Origin: Desulfobacterales bacterium
GTDB lineage: Bacteria; Desulfobacterota; Desulfobacteria; Desulfobacterales; UBA2174
Length of the DNA stretch: 64,000 nt
NCBI GenBank assembly: GCA_963668645.2
Contig: CAXXWC010000001.1
Coordinates: 1-64,000 of the forward strand
Direction of reading: 5' to 3'
Every line of letters starts with the position of its first letter. Position 1 is the first letter of the stretch. The notes under the pieces were generated by a model. The model saw nothing but the letters and a program-made list of their open reading frames with translations. It made no database searches and was not told the origin of the DNA. This document shows positions 50,848 to 60,593 of this stretch, piece by piece. A program made the position numbers and the translations under genes.

Positions 50848-51843
50848 CTATTTTGCCTCCGGCGGAACGATTTCCGACGGTATGGATTCTGCACCCAATT
50901 CCCGGTAGGCCTTCACGGCACCGGCATGGAGCGGAACCTTGCAAAGGGTTGTGGTGTCTTTTACGAAATCGACGAACTTACAGGCAGGAAATGCCACTGT
51001 CTGAAATTCACGTCCTTTCACAATGGCTTTCACAAACTGATACGCCTTTTCTTCGGGCAAGGTCTTCAAACATTCCACAACCGTAGGCATTCCCCAGCTA
51101 CTGTAGTCAGGCTGCTCTGGCATGGCCTTGATTTCACCCTTTTTAACGGTAATGATGGAGACGTAAGGCAGGGTTTGAGAAATTTTTACAATGTTTTTTT
51201 CACTTAGCGGAATAAGACAAACTTTAGTCAGCGTCATAATATCCAAAGTTGACGCATCGAGTTGTGTACCTATTCCGGTTTTCACATAGCCAACGATACG
51301 TCCATCTTTAAGTGCTTTGACCGCATCTGAAGTCCCGCCGATATGATAGTCCGGTTTGACCCCCAAAATTTCGAATATCTGTTTCGTAGTACTTTCGGTG
51401 GCAGAACCTCTGATTCCGGGATTGAACTTTTTGCCGTTCAAATCCTCCAGTTTTTCAACACCACTATCGGCTCGAACCACGATGTAATCGATGGTTTTCG
51501 CATATACCCACAAAATCCGAAGGTCCGGGTAAGGACTCTCCTTCCACCTGCCTAATCCTTTCCAGGCTTCGTACATGACCTTATGGCCGCCAATGCCCAA
51601 ATCGATTTGGCCGGCTCTCAGCCGCTTGAGATTATCGACACTGGCGCCGGTTTCCACCACGTTGACCTTAACGCCTTTTACGTAGGTGTTTATCGCTTTT
51701 GCAGCCCCAACTGAATAGGAGTAGTGACTCGATGAGGCAGAACTTGAACCAAGCATCAGGTAATCAGTTTTTGCAATTGAAATGCCAGGTGAAACCATCA
51801 TCATGGCAACAACTAGAAGAATAGCTTTCCATCGGTTCCGCAT
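50848..51843 (-). CDS. TAXI-family TRAP solute-binding protein
   Basis: Signal peptide, ETGASVDNL, DLNGKK, PLHAGAVKAYRE. Confidence 0.92.
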   Translation of the reverse strand: MRNRWKAILLVVAMMMVSPGISIAKTDYLMLGSSSASSSHYSYSVGAAKAINTYVKGVKVNVVETGASVDNLKRLRAGQIDLGIGGHKVMYEAWKGLGRWKESPYPDLRILWVYAKTIDYIVVRADSGVEKLEDLNGKKFNPGIRGSATESTTKQIFEILGVKPDYHIGGTSDAVKALKDGRIVGYVKTGIGTQLDASTLDIMTLTKVCLIPLSEKNIVKISQTLPYVSIITVKKGEIKAMPEQPDYSSWGMPTVVECLKTLPEEKAYQFVKAIVKGREFQTVAFPACKFVDFVKDTTTLCKVPLHAGAVKAYRELGAESIPSEIVPPEAK

Positions 51844-51956
51844 CACTCCAACCTCCTTGGTCAAAAAACGTGAATGATTGTGGTACGAATTACAGCCGAT
51901 TTTTCGCGTACTAACAAAATTTACTCCGGCCGATAGCAACTCGTTTTGAGCTCTTT

Positions 51957-53180
51957 TCATACAATCATCATCTTTGACGAAAATCGGTTTAGAATTTCGT
52001 GACCTTTTTCGTTTACCAATACCATGTCGCCAAGCGCTGCTGCAGCTTTTTCAGGAACAAACAGGTTCGGATGCAGCTCGAAAAGCATTCCGGTCTGCAC
52101 CAAAATTTCGTCTTCGGCCGAAGCCGGGTTACCGCTTTTAGACAGATCCTTTTGCTTGCTGTAAGGGTTCGGAAAAATATTCGATAAAACCGGATCTGAA
52201 TAATCCAGCCCCAGGCCATGGCCGGCCTTTAACCGGTACCAGTCTTTTCCGATGTAGTTCGGATAATGCCTGCATGCGACTCTTTCAGATGCTTTCCAAA
52301 TATCGCTCACTTTATTTCCCGGCGCGACCTGCGCAAGTGCGGCTTCGTGCATTTGCGCCACGACATCAAACACGGACCGCTGTTCCAGACTCGGCGGCCC
52401 TACTGTCCCGGTTCGAATCGCGTGGCCCCAGTGGCCTTGGTACATGATGAAAAGAGATAGAAGATATTGGTCTCCCGGTGCAGGATTGCGATTGCATTCT
52501 TTTAAATAGTACCGCGGTCGATCGACAACCGGTCCGATGCTAAAAAAAGTCGATGCATATTCGCATCCCGCATATCTTGCAACATGTTCAATGTCTGCCT
52601 GAATTTTATAACCGGCCTTTGCCTTTTCAGTTTTCAAGATATGCTCGAAAGCTTCGAACATATCATCGCAGATTTTTGCCGCACGACGGTGAAGATCTAT
52701 GGCGCCCTTATCTTTTATCATACGCAGCGGATCGATCAGATGACGTGCATCCACCAAATCGATTCCGATCAGACCGTGGATAATAGTGTCGTAAACCTTG
52801 AAAGGTGTCTCGTCCTGTCCGATATAGCCGACCTTGTCTTTTGAACGGAGAATCGGTTTTAGAATCGAAGCGATCTCATTGCCGAATTCAAGGACCGGTA
52901 CGGCCCGTATATCATTGAACCACAAAATCTCTTTGGCAAATAGTTGTGGAGACCGTGCAGGGACGAGAAGAGTCGGTTCCCGACCGGGAATCAGAATCAA
53001 GGCGGCAAATCGATTCAATGGATCCCAGTCGCAAAGATATCGAAGATAGCCGTGAGTGGTACTTGCAAATCCGATGCTACTTCCGGAAGAAAACACCACA
53101 AGGGCTTCAAGCCTTTCACTTTCTACCATTTTCAATACTGTTTCAATGCGTTGTTTAAATATTGGCATGGTCACTTTCAT
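51957..53180 (-). CDS. M24 (pita-bread fold) creatinase/aminopeptidase-like hydrolase with non-canonical metal ligands
   Basis: LRYL, LRMIKD, AIRT, GHGLGL, GMLFELHP, DMVLV. Confidence 0.85.
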   Translation of the reverse strand: MKVTMPIFKQRIETVLKMVESERLEALVVFSSGSSIGFASTTHGYLRYLCDWDPLNRFAALILIPGREPTLLVPARSPQLFAKEILWFNDIRAVPVLEFGNEIASILKPILRSKDKVGYIGQDETPFKVYDTIIHGLIGIDLVDARHLIDPLRMIKDKGAIDLHRRAAKICDDMFEAFEHILKTEKAKAGYKIQADIEHVARYAGCEYASTFFSIGPVVDRPRYYLKECNRNPAPGDQYLLSLFIMYQGHWGHAIRTGTVGPPSLEQRSVFDVVAQMHEAALAQVAPGNKVSDIWKASERVACRHYPNYIGKDWYRLKAGHGLGLDYSDPVLSNIFPNPYSKQKDLSKSGNPASAEDEILVQTGMLFELHPNLFVPEKAAAALGDMVLVNEKGHEILNRFSSKMMIV

Positions 53181-53229
53181 TGTATTTTACCTTTTTAATA
53201 TTGAAAACCATGACGGAGCCCCCAAATTT

Positions 53230-53883
53230 TCAGAGGAGACCCTTTGCAGCTATACCCTTCAATCTTTTGTTGATGTGTAATCGCAGCCTTTCTTTGGCAA
53301 GCTGGTAATCATTTTTTTCAAGCGCATCACAGACCAGTCGATGCTCTTCGATCGCCTGGTCAAGGCTTCCGGAAAGGCGCAAATGCTTAAATTGATAGCG
53401 GGCCAGGTTCAAAGAAATCGTTCCGTAGAAGTAAACCAGCTTCGTATTATCACTTAATTCTATTAATCTGGAATGGAAGCCGGACAGCGCCTTATGAAAT
53501 AGCAAATATTGATGGGGATCTTCGCCGTCTAGCGTGGTCAGCTTGGCAGCATCCAAAATGGCCGACTTTAATGGGGTCAGGTCCGTATCATTCTTTTGAG
53601 AGATCAAGTCGACGGCATAGCATTCGATCATTTCCCTTGCCTGGTAGACCTCGATCATGTCCTTGGTGGACAGACCGGTCACATACACTCCTTTTCTAGG
53701 TACACTATAGACCAGTCTTTCGCTTTCCAGGATCCGGAACGCCTCACGGATCGGATGCCTGCTGATTTCGAGCTTTGCAGCAAGATCGTTTTCGTTGAGC
53801 CGTTTTTCCGGTTCAAGCTCCCCGGTAATGATCCGGCTGCGAAGGTGCTCCAATACGAGAGCGGTCAAGCTTTGGGCTTCCAT
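53230..53883 (-). CDS. GntR-family regulator (FCD domain)
   Basis: IITGEL..RLNENDLA..ISRHPIREAF..LESE, PRKG, FH..EEH..H. Confidence 0.93.
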   Translation of the reverse strand: MEAQSLTALVLEHLRSRIITGELEPEKRLNENDLAAKLEISRHPIREAFRILESERLVYSVPRKGVYVTGLSTKDMIEVYQAREMIECYAVDLISQKNDTDLTPLKSAILDAAKLTTLDGEDPHQYLLFHKALSGFHSRLIELSDNTKLVYFYGTISLNLARYQFKHLRLSGSLDQAIEEHRLVCDALEKNDYQLAKERLRLHINKRLKGIAAKGLL

Positions 53884-53902
53884 ATAGATTCCCCTTTCCA
53901 TT

Positions 53903-53940
53903 CTGTTGACAGTCAACTGTTGACAGTTCACTGTTAACAC
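53903..53940. promoter_or_regulatory. Triple near-palindromic operator upstream of the GntR gene
   Basis: CTGTTGACAG, CTGTTGACAG, CTGTTAACAC at 14-bp period; overlaps the -10 of a minus-strand TTGACC-17-TAACAG promoter. Confidence 0.7.
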
Positions 53941-54477
53941 TGCTGGGCGAACGGGTCAACCATTTTATATTTCAGGATCGCCGGAGGCGGATCGCCCATT
54001 GTGGGAAGCGGCTGTTCAAAACAGCTAATTGGGCGCTGCCGTCAGACATCGGGGCAAATCTGAGCCAAGGCGGATACAGGTGTTGCTTGCCTCTTGAGCC
54101 AACCTTGCAAGATCAGGTAATGATGGGAAAAAGATACTTTATGTCTGCGGTACAATTATGATATCAGCAGTTTCGGGCATATCAGGCTATATTTTACCCT
54201 ATGGAACCACAAAACGGTTGGATTCTGTAAAATCAGTATGTTATCCGATTATTTTTGCCATACTTGATCATATTTTGCGATTCTCAAGGAGCCTGTGCTT
54301 TCGTTTTCCGGGGTGTCGGCTTTGCGTCTAACTCATAGAAAACACATGTAATGATTGTCATTTACGATAGATGGCTATCCTCTTTTTCGTTCTTGTCAAA
54401 TCGTCCATTTCTTGATAATGTATTGCATATATGCCCGGTTGCGGCGATAACCTGCAATACTTTATCGGGAGGGCGAT

Positions 54478-55137
54478 ATGGATGGTTCGACCGAGGTTTC
54501 CCAGCGTCTCGCGGTCCTGTTCAAGCAGCATCCATGCTGGATGATCGGGCCGCTGAGCCAACAGATGGACTACTCGATTCCATCAACCCGGCGATTTCTG
54601 GCCCAGAACGGCTACTACAGCAGTTTTACGCACAACGGACGATGGTATACCCTGCGTTCGATTCCTCGCTTTTCGCGCGAAGGACTGTGGTTTTACCACG
54701 ACATCGGCTTTTCCCGGGCCGGCAGTCTGACCCGTACGCTGGTGGCCCTGATCGATGCCAGTCTGGCAGGGATGAGCGCCGAAGCGCTCGGCCAAAAGTT
54801 GCGCTGCCGTTGTCATTCGGTTCTGGTCGGGTTGTACCGCCGCGGTCTTGTCCAGCGCCAGCGCCAGGGACGCGCGAACGTTTACCTGGCCAGCAATGCC
54901 AGGACCGCCGAGGCGCAACGTCGTGTCCTGGAAGCGCCCGTGGCGGCGGTGCTGCCAGCCGAGATTGCAGTGATGGTGCTGGCCGAATTCATCCGCAAGC
55001 CGTCAGCCGAGCCGGCCGAGTTGGCCCGCCGGGTGTCGGCCCGGGCCGCCGTGCGCATCAAGGCCGACCAGATCCGGGCGCTGTTTGCGCAGCACGGTTT
55101 AAAAAAAATGCTGCCGTTGCGGCCATCGGCCTCCTGA
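54478..55137 (+). CDS. IS OrfA (putative DNA-binding), ends just after a slippery site
   Basis: RBS GGAGG; TTT-A8 run at 55098-55108. Confidence 0.75.
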   Translation: MDGSTEVSQRLAVLFKQHPCWMIGPLSQQMDYSIPSTRRFLAQNGYYSSFTHNGRWYTLRSIPRFSREGLWFYHDIGFSRAGSLTRTLVALIDASLAGMSAEALGQKLRCRCHSVLVGLYRRGLVQRQRQGRANVYLASNARTAEAQRRVLEAPVAAVLPAEIAVMVLAEFIRKPSAEPAELARRVSARAAVRIKADQIRALFAQHGLKKMLPLRPSAS

Positions 55138-56942
55138 GCCGCCTCAACGAACAACTGCACCAGGAGGTGCGCCCGTCGGCGTTGTTCGCGCAGCCGCCGG
55201 TGGTCGATTTTCGCTACCCGCACCGGCAGTGCTCCTGCGGCGGTGCCTTGAAAGTCCAAAAGACACAAACCAAGCGCGTGGTCAGTCTTTCGGTCACCTA
55301 TATCGCCCGCCGGACCGTGCAACGCTGTACCCGTTGTGGCCGTGTCTGGGAAGATCCGGCCCTGCGTCAGCGGGTGGCGCATCGTTGCAATACCGCTTGG
55401 GACGTGCTGGTCTTTGTCGGCCGTCGCCTGTTCGAGGACTGCCACAGTGTCGGGCAGGTTCGCAACGAGCTGCTGGCCCGCGATGTGGTGCTGTCCGATT
55501 CTCAAATCACCAAACTCGGCCGCAAGTTTATCCTCTTGCTGGCTCTGGCCCATCGGCGCGCCACCCCGCGCATCAAGCAGGCCATGGCCAGAAGCGGCGG
55601 CTATATCCTGCATCTGGATGCCGTGCATCAAGAAGATGCGCCCGCTCTGATGTCAGGCATCGACGCTCTGAGCCGCCTGGTGTTGGCCAATGTCAAGGTG
55701 CCCAGTGAACACGCCGCTCAGATCATCCCGTTTTTGGAAAAGATCAAAGACGACTATGGCGATCCGATCGCCTGTGTGCATGACATGGGCACAGGCATCT
55801 GCAAGGCGGTCGGGGCCGTGTTCCCCACAAGCAAAGACTTTGTCTGCCACTTTCATTTCTTGCGCGATGCGGGCAAAGACCTGATCGAGCCGGCCTACCG
55901 CGAGCTTCGTGGCTGCCTGCGTCGCCATGCGTTCAGCACCCGGTTCCGTGCGTTGGCCCGCCACGCCCGTCGGTTACTGGCCGAGCCGAACGCCCTGGCG
56001 ATGTATCTGGCGGGCACCCAAACGGCTGCCGATTTGAGTCTCACGACCCCTGCGGCGGTCTATGCACTATCGCTGTGGAGCTTGCAGGCCAAACACTGCG
56101 GCGATGGCTACGGCTTTCCTTTCGATCGCCCCTTGCTGGTACTGGCCGAACGGCTTATGATCCTGCTCGATTGCCTGCCGCGCCTGCTACAGACACTTCC
56201 CGGCGACAACGTGGCCGGCAGCCGCTTGTTTGTCCACCTGGCACGAAAGGTGATGGATGTCGTCGCCGATCCGGTCTTCGAAAAAAGCCTCGACTCGTTA
56301 CGCTGGCGTTGCCGGCTCTTTGATCAGCTTCGCCAAGCCATGCGCATCGCACCTTCCGGAGGCCGAGACGGCCTCAACGATGATGGTGCCGCACCCGCGA
56401 TGGAAAGTATCCGCCAGAGCGTTGGCCAATTCCGTCACCGTCTCGATGCCGAAGCAAAGCTGGCAGCCGATCCGCTGTGCCGCAAACTGGCCGAACAGAT
56501 CGACAAGTATCACGACAAACTGTTTGCCGACCCGATTGACGTGCAGACCCCTTCGGGGCCGCAGGTGGTTTATCCCCAGCGGACCAACAACATCCTGGAA
56601 CAGTTCTTTCGCAGCTTGCGCCGGGATCATCGCCGCCGTACCGGCGATAATCGCATGCACCGCGCGTTGCAAACCATGCTGGCCGATACCCCGTTGGTGA
56701 AAAATCTGTCCAACCCCGACTACATGAAAATCCTGCTCGACGGCCGGCCCAATATCGAAGCCCTGTTTGCTGATTTGGATCGAACCTCGGCTTCCGAGGA
56801 GCTGATACCGGCCGCGGATGCCGATCGCATTCTGCCTGGTTTTAAAGCACTGACAAAAATACCGGATCTTCCCGTTCGAATCTCACAGCGCGCTTCTGCG
56901 GCTTTATCCGGGGCAAAATCCAACCAAATTGTGTGGCCATAG
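55101..56942 (+). CDS. IS OrfB transposase (Zn-finger + DDE), likely expressed by -1 frameshift; start approximate
   Basis: CSCG..CTRC, LHLDA, VHDMG, CHFHFLRD (C/DxxH), RTNNILEQFFR; stop codon ends at the right TIR. Confidence 0.8.
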   Translation, partial: KKNAAVAAIGLLSRLNEQLHQEVRPSALFAQPPVVDFRYPHRQCSCGGALKVQKTQTKRVVSLSVTYIARRTVQRCTRCGRVWEDPALRQRVAHRCNTAWDVLVFVGRRLFEDCHSVGQVRNELLARDVVLSDSQITKLGRKFILLLALAHRRATPRIKQAMARSGGYILHLDAVHQEDAPALMSGIDALSRLVLANVKVPSEHAAQIIPFLEKIKDDYGDPIACVHDMGTGICKAVGAVFPTSKDFVCHFHFLRDAGKDLIEPAYRELRGCLRRHAFSTRFRALARHARRLLAEPNALAMYLAGTQTAADLSLTTPAAVYALSLWSLQAKHCGDGYGFPFDRPLLVLAERLMILLDCLPRLLQTLPGDNVAGSRLFVHLARKVMDVVADPVFEKSLDSLRWRCRLFDQLRQAMRIAPSGGRDGLNDDGAAPAMESIRQSVGQFRHRLDAEAKLAADPLCRKLAEQIDKYHDKLFADPIDVQTPSGPQVVYPQRTNNILEQFFRSLRRDHRRRTGDNRMHRALQTMLADTPLVKNLSNPDYMKILLDGRPNIEALFADLDRTSASEELIPAADADRILPGFKALTKIPDLPVRISQRASAALSGAKSNQIVWP

Positions 56943-57113
56943 ATTTTACCTTTGGCATTGCGCGGATAGCGACGAACGCGCGTCCACGGCGCCCCACCCC
57001 GCCGTTGGTGAGCGATAGGGATACCGGCATGACGCCATCGGAACAGGCCATGAGACGACGCCGGAAAGATAATTTTCGAAGTGCACCCGTGTCGCCAACA
57101 GGAACTGCAAGCC

Positions 57114-57374
57114 ATGAAAAAAACCCAAAATAAGATTTGGTTCTCTGCAATGAAGTATGGTATCGGATGGGGACTTCCCACCGCTTGGCAAGGCTGGGTG
57201 GTATTATTAGCCTACATAGTTCTTGTACTGTCCGGGATTCGAATCCTCAGAATTTCTCCAGGCTTCATAGTGGTTTTTATTCTTTATGTGTTATTTTTAA
57301 CCGTAATACTTTTTTTGATATGCTGGAAAAAAGGAGAAAAGCCGGAACTGCGGTGGAAAGGCAAGCCGTTATGA
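57114..57374 (+). CDS. Small two-TM hypothetical membrane protein
   Basis: WF..KYGIGWGLP.AWQGW, two hydrophobic helices, KGEKP..RW tail. Confidence 0.7.
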   Translation: MKKTQNKIWFSAMKYGIGWGLPTAWQGWVVLLAYIVLVLSGIRILRISPGFIVVFILYVLFLTVILFLICWKKGEKPELRWKGKPL

Positions 57375-57529
57375 ATGAATTTAAAAGAAAGGCGCGCAGT
57401 ACAATTTGAATTGCGGCCGGACCATTGCCCTGGCCCCGCGCTATTCATAACCATTTGTAAAATCAATTAAAATTCCGGTATGCTTGTGGACCACAATGGG
57501 AAATGTTGGATCGCCATGCGGAGATAAAA

Positions 57530-57886
57530 ATGAATTTATCACTCGATATTCATGACGGATCCGGCTATCTGGCTTGTACGGCAACCGGCAAATGGATTAC
57601 GGAAGAACTGAAACAGTTCATAGATGCACTAAGCACCGATTTGGGCAAAGGTGGATATACCCGTCTGCTGGCGGATCTGTCTGGGGTCACGGGGCCTCCA
57701 CCGGAGATGGATCGTTATTATATCGGCGAATATATCGCATCTGTGCTTCGCGGCATCAAAGTCGCCATAGTGTATCAAAAGGTTTATACGAATACTTTTT
57801 TTGAAGATACAGCCGTCAATCGCGGTGCATATTTAAAAGTCTTTCCCGACAAAGACAGCGCCCGTAAATGGTTGATGGAAGATTAA
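57530..57886 (+). CDS. STAS/SpoIIAA-like small protein
   Basis: RLLADLS, FFEDTAVNRG..KVF.DKDSARKWL; RBS GGAG. Confidence 0.7.
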   Translation: MNLSLDIHDGSGYLACTATGKWITEELKQFIDALSTDLGKGGYTRLLADLSGVTGPPPEMDRYYIGEYIASVLRGIKVAIVYQKVYTNTFFEDTAVNRGAYLKVFPDKDSARKWLMED

Positions 57887-57966
57887 CGCCGGTTCGATCG
57901 TAAGCCTTTCAACGCATCCCGGCGGCTGTTGTGCCGGGATGCGTGCATACCTCGGATAAACAGCGG

Positions 57967-60174
57967 TTAGTACTTCAAGGTGATGCCGGCGAAAACCGTC
58001 CGGCCCTCGTTCTGATAGTATTCGTAATAATCCTCGTCGAACAGATTCTCGGCGCACACGTATACTTCCACCCATTTTACCGGAGTCACGGTGATTTTTG
58101 CATCAAGGAAAAAGGCGGGTTCATAGGTACCGTAAACACCATCCTCGGTGTCGGCGTTATCCGAGTCGTTATAGATTTTGCTGAAATATCGGCCGACGAT
58201 GCTCCCCTTGAACCACTTGTACCGCGTATCCAGGCCGATATTGAAGGCGTTTTCAGGAATACCGGTGACCTGTTTGTTCTCACTGGCCGGGTCCGTATCG
58301 TTTTCGGTGATTTGGGCATCCGTATAAGTGTAGTTGCCCCATAAGGTAAGCCAGTCGGTCACCTTATGGGAGGCCTCCAGCTCCAGCCCATAGGTGCGCG
58401 CTTCTCCGGCGTTGCTTCGCAGTTTGGTCGATCCGATCACCTGATAGTAAATCAGATCCTTGATGTCGTTGCGGTATCCGGTCAACGAAATCTTGGTGCG
58501 CTTGTCGAAAAAGTACTGGTCGACCCCCATCTCATAGGTCCAGACGGTTTCGGGATCCAGGTCCGGATTGCTTTGATAAAGCGTCCCGTAGGATGTCCAT
58601 GTTCTGAAAAGTTCATAGAGATTGGGGGGTCTGAAGGCGTGTCCCACCGAGGCCTTGAGGCTCGTATCGTCGAGAATGCGCCATACGGCGGACACCTTGG
58701 GACTGATTTCCGATTCGGTGTTGCTCGCGTAATAGCTCTGGGCTCCCGGATCGCCCGAGGCGCCGTCATATACCTTCCACGAATCGTAGCGCAGGCCCGC
58801 GTAAATGGTCAGCGGGTCGAGGATGCGCCACTCGTCCTGGATGAAAGCGGCCCAGGTCTTGGAGCTGCCTCCGGAGTAAAAGGTGCTCGCCCCCTTGCCG
58901 GAAAAGCTGCGATAGAAGGGAACATCATAATCGTTGGTATCGGAGGTATCCTTGCGATAGGAGGTGCCCACGGTCAACGTATGTGCCCGACCGACAGGCA
59001 GATCGGCACGCAGTTCGGAAAACCAGCTTTCGTTTTCTGTCTCCTTCAGCGTCCCCGCCGAATCGTCGTAGTCTGCCAGTCCGCTACCGGACTCGGTGGT
59101 GTACCGATCGTCGACTTGCACCGTTCCGATCTGGGCGTTGACCAGTACCGGGCCGAAATACTCTTTGAAAGACATTGAATAGACTTGGGTCTCGTTCTCG
59201 CCGATTCCCGTGTAGCTGATAAAATCGTTGGGGCGAAACCGAACTCGCTGATCAGTGCCGGCAATGGCATAGGTGCTGTTGTCGCCGAAGGTGCCCATGT
59301 AACTGTTGGGCCTGCCGTATTCGTATTCATGTTTGCCCGAAACGGCAAGCAGCGACAGTTGTCCCGTGTCCGAAAAATCGAAGGTCAACTTCCCGTTGAA
59401 GCTGGTGTGCTCCGCGCTGTTGTCCCCTCTGTCGCCGACCACCCAGCGGGTGGGGTTGCCGTGTTTATCGTTCATGGCATAACCGCCGGTGACATTCCCG
59501 TTGCCCGATGAGATCGTACTGGCCACGGGCGTGGTCGGATATCCGTCCGTGCTTTCATTTTCGTAGCCGAGTTGAATACTGAGCCTGTCCATGTATCGAT
59601 TACCGGCGCTGAAATGGTATCGTTTTGTCTGGTTGGTGCCGTATCCACTGCCCGCTTCAAGGGTTAGTTTTTCGGGAGTACTGGTGATGATGTTGACCAC
59701 ACCGCCCATGGCGTTGCCGCCGTAAAGGGCCGAGGCGGCGCCGCGGATGACTTCAATCCGTTCGATGTTGTGCACCGGGATGGCGCCCCACTCCAGGCCT
59801 CCGGTGTAAGCGTCATTGAGCGGTTGTCCGTCAAGCAGAATCAAGGTGTATTGATCGCCGCTGAATCCCCTGAATCTCACTGAAGCGGTCGAATCCATCA
59901 TCCCCTTATTCCGTTTTACGAATACTCCCGAAAGGGTGTCCAGGGCGTCATCTACGGTCTGAATATTTTGACTTTTCAATTCCTCCTTGCCGATAATCGT
60001 TACACTGCCGGGAACCTCATCTATTTTCTTTTCGGTTTTGGTGGCGGTCACCACGATCTCATCCAGTGCAACAGCACCGGAATCCGGTTCCGCTGCATGA
60101 ACCCGCTGGGCTGATGCCAGGCAGAGACCTGACGCAATGATGACGGCAATCCATTTATTTCGAAACATTTTCAT
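57967..60174 (-). CDS. TonB-dependent receptor (BtuB/CirA-like)
   Basis: Signal peptide, DEIVVTATK, LLDG, IERIEVIRGAASALYGGNAMGGVVNIIT, NLFD..Y, aromatic C-terminus. Confidence 0.96.
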   Translation of the reverse strand: MKMFRNKWIAVIIASGLCLASAQRVHAAEPDSGAVALDEIVVTATKTEKKIDEVPGSVTIIGKEELKSQNIQTVDDALDTLSGVFVKRNKGMMDSTASVRFRGFSGDQYTLILLDGQPLNDAYTGGLEWGAIPVHNIERIEVIRGAASALYGGNAMGGVVNIITSTPEKLTLEAGSGYGTNQTKRYHFSAGNRYMDRLSIQLGYENESTDGYPTTPVASTISSGNGNVTGGYAMNDKHGNPTRWVVGDRGDNSAEHTSFNGKLTFDFSDTGQLSLLAVSGKHEYEYGRPNSYMGTFGDNSTYAIAGTDQRVRFRPNDFISYTGIGENETQVYSMSFKEYFGPVLVNAQIGTVQVDDRYTTESGSGLADYDDSAGTLKETENESWFSELRADLPVGRAHTLTVGTSYRKDTSDTNDYDVPFYRSFSGKGASTFYSGGSSKTWAAFIQDEWRILDPLTIYAGLRYDSWKVYDGASGDPGAQSYYASNTESEISPKVSAVWRILDDTSLKASVGHAFRPPNLYELFRTWTSYGTLYQSNPDLDPETVWTYEMGVDQYFFDKRTKISLTGYRNDIKDLIYYQVIGSTKLRSNAGEARTYGLELEASHKVTDWLTLWGNYTYTDAQITENDTDPASENKQVTGIPENAFNIGLDTRYKWFKGSIVGRYFSKIYNDSDNADTEDGVYGTYEPAFFLDAKITVTPVKWVEVYVCAENLFDEDYYEYYQNEGRTVFAGITLKY

Positions 60175-60254
60175 ACACTCCCTCCTCTCCGGTCGATATG
60201 GTTGTGCCCGTGCAGTCACCGGCGGACGGGGTGATGCGTGCTTTTCGGATAGAG

Positions 60255-60305
60255 AAAAAAAGCCACGCCGGCGCTACAGTGCAGTTGCTGTAAGCCTTCG
60301 TGGCT
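60255..60305 (-). terminator. Intrinsic terminator-like hairpin in the 5' leader of the TonB receptor
   Basis: AGCCACG/CGTGGCT plus inner TACAG/CTGTA pairing, followed by U7 on the minus strand. Confidence 0.65.
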
Positions 60306-60593
60306 CGGGATTGTTAATTATTAGCTTGTTGCTGGGGTGGCGGGTGGCACGCTTTTGTGCGATCACGGGGGCCTTCTCGGCCTCAATAAAGAACAAAATT
60401 TTTTACCTTTCGCAAGGTCTCCTGTCAACAGGTTTCTGTTGGTCAGGTTTTTGTTGCACCGCGCACAACGCTTGACAATGCCACGGTCTTTGACTAATGA
60501 CGGAACGCATCGACCGCCTTCTTCAAAAGACCCGCAAGAAGCAGGTGCCGGGCGGCGAACCGATAGATCAAAAATAAAAATCCTTTTGATGAA

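Larger units (their letters stand above)
54199..56942 (+). mobile_element. Two-ORF insertion sequence with Mutator/IS256-superfamily-like transposase
   Basis: 26-bp TIRs 54199-54224 and 56917-56942 (20/26); 8-bp TSD ATTTTACC at 54191-54198 and 56943-56950. Confidence 0.88.

Noticed and set aside
46874..51843. Pyrrolysine/selenocysteine read-through in the methyltransferase island
   Set aside because: TAG stops of the MtaA-like and TAXI genes fall at normal family lengths, and read-through does not join downstream genes in frame
54351..55100. N-terminal ~250 aa of the 863-aa ORF
   Set aside because: Looks like an off-frame shadow of OrfA; transposase-like sequence starts after the slippery site
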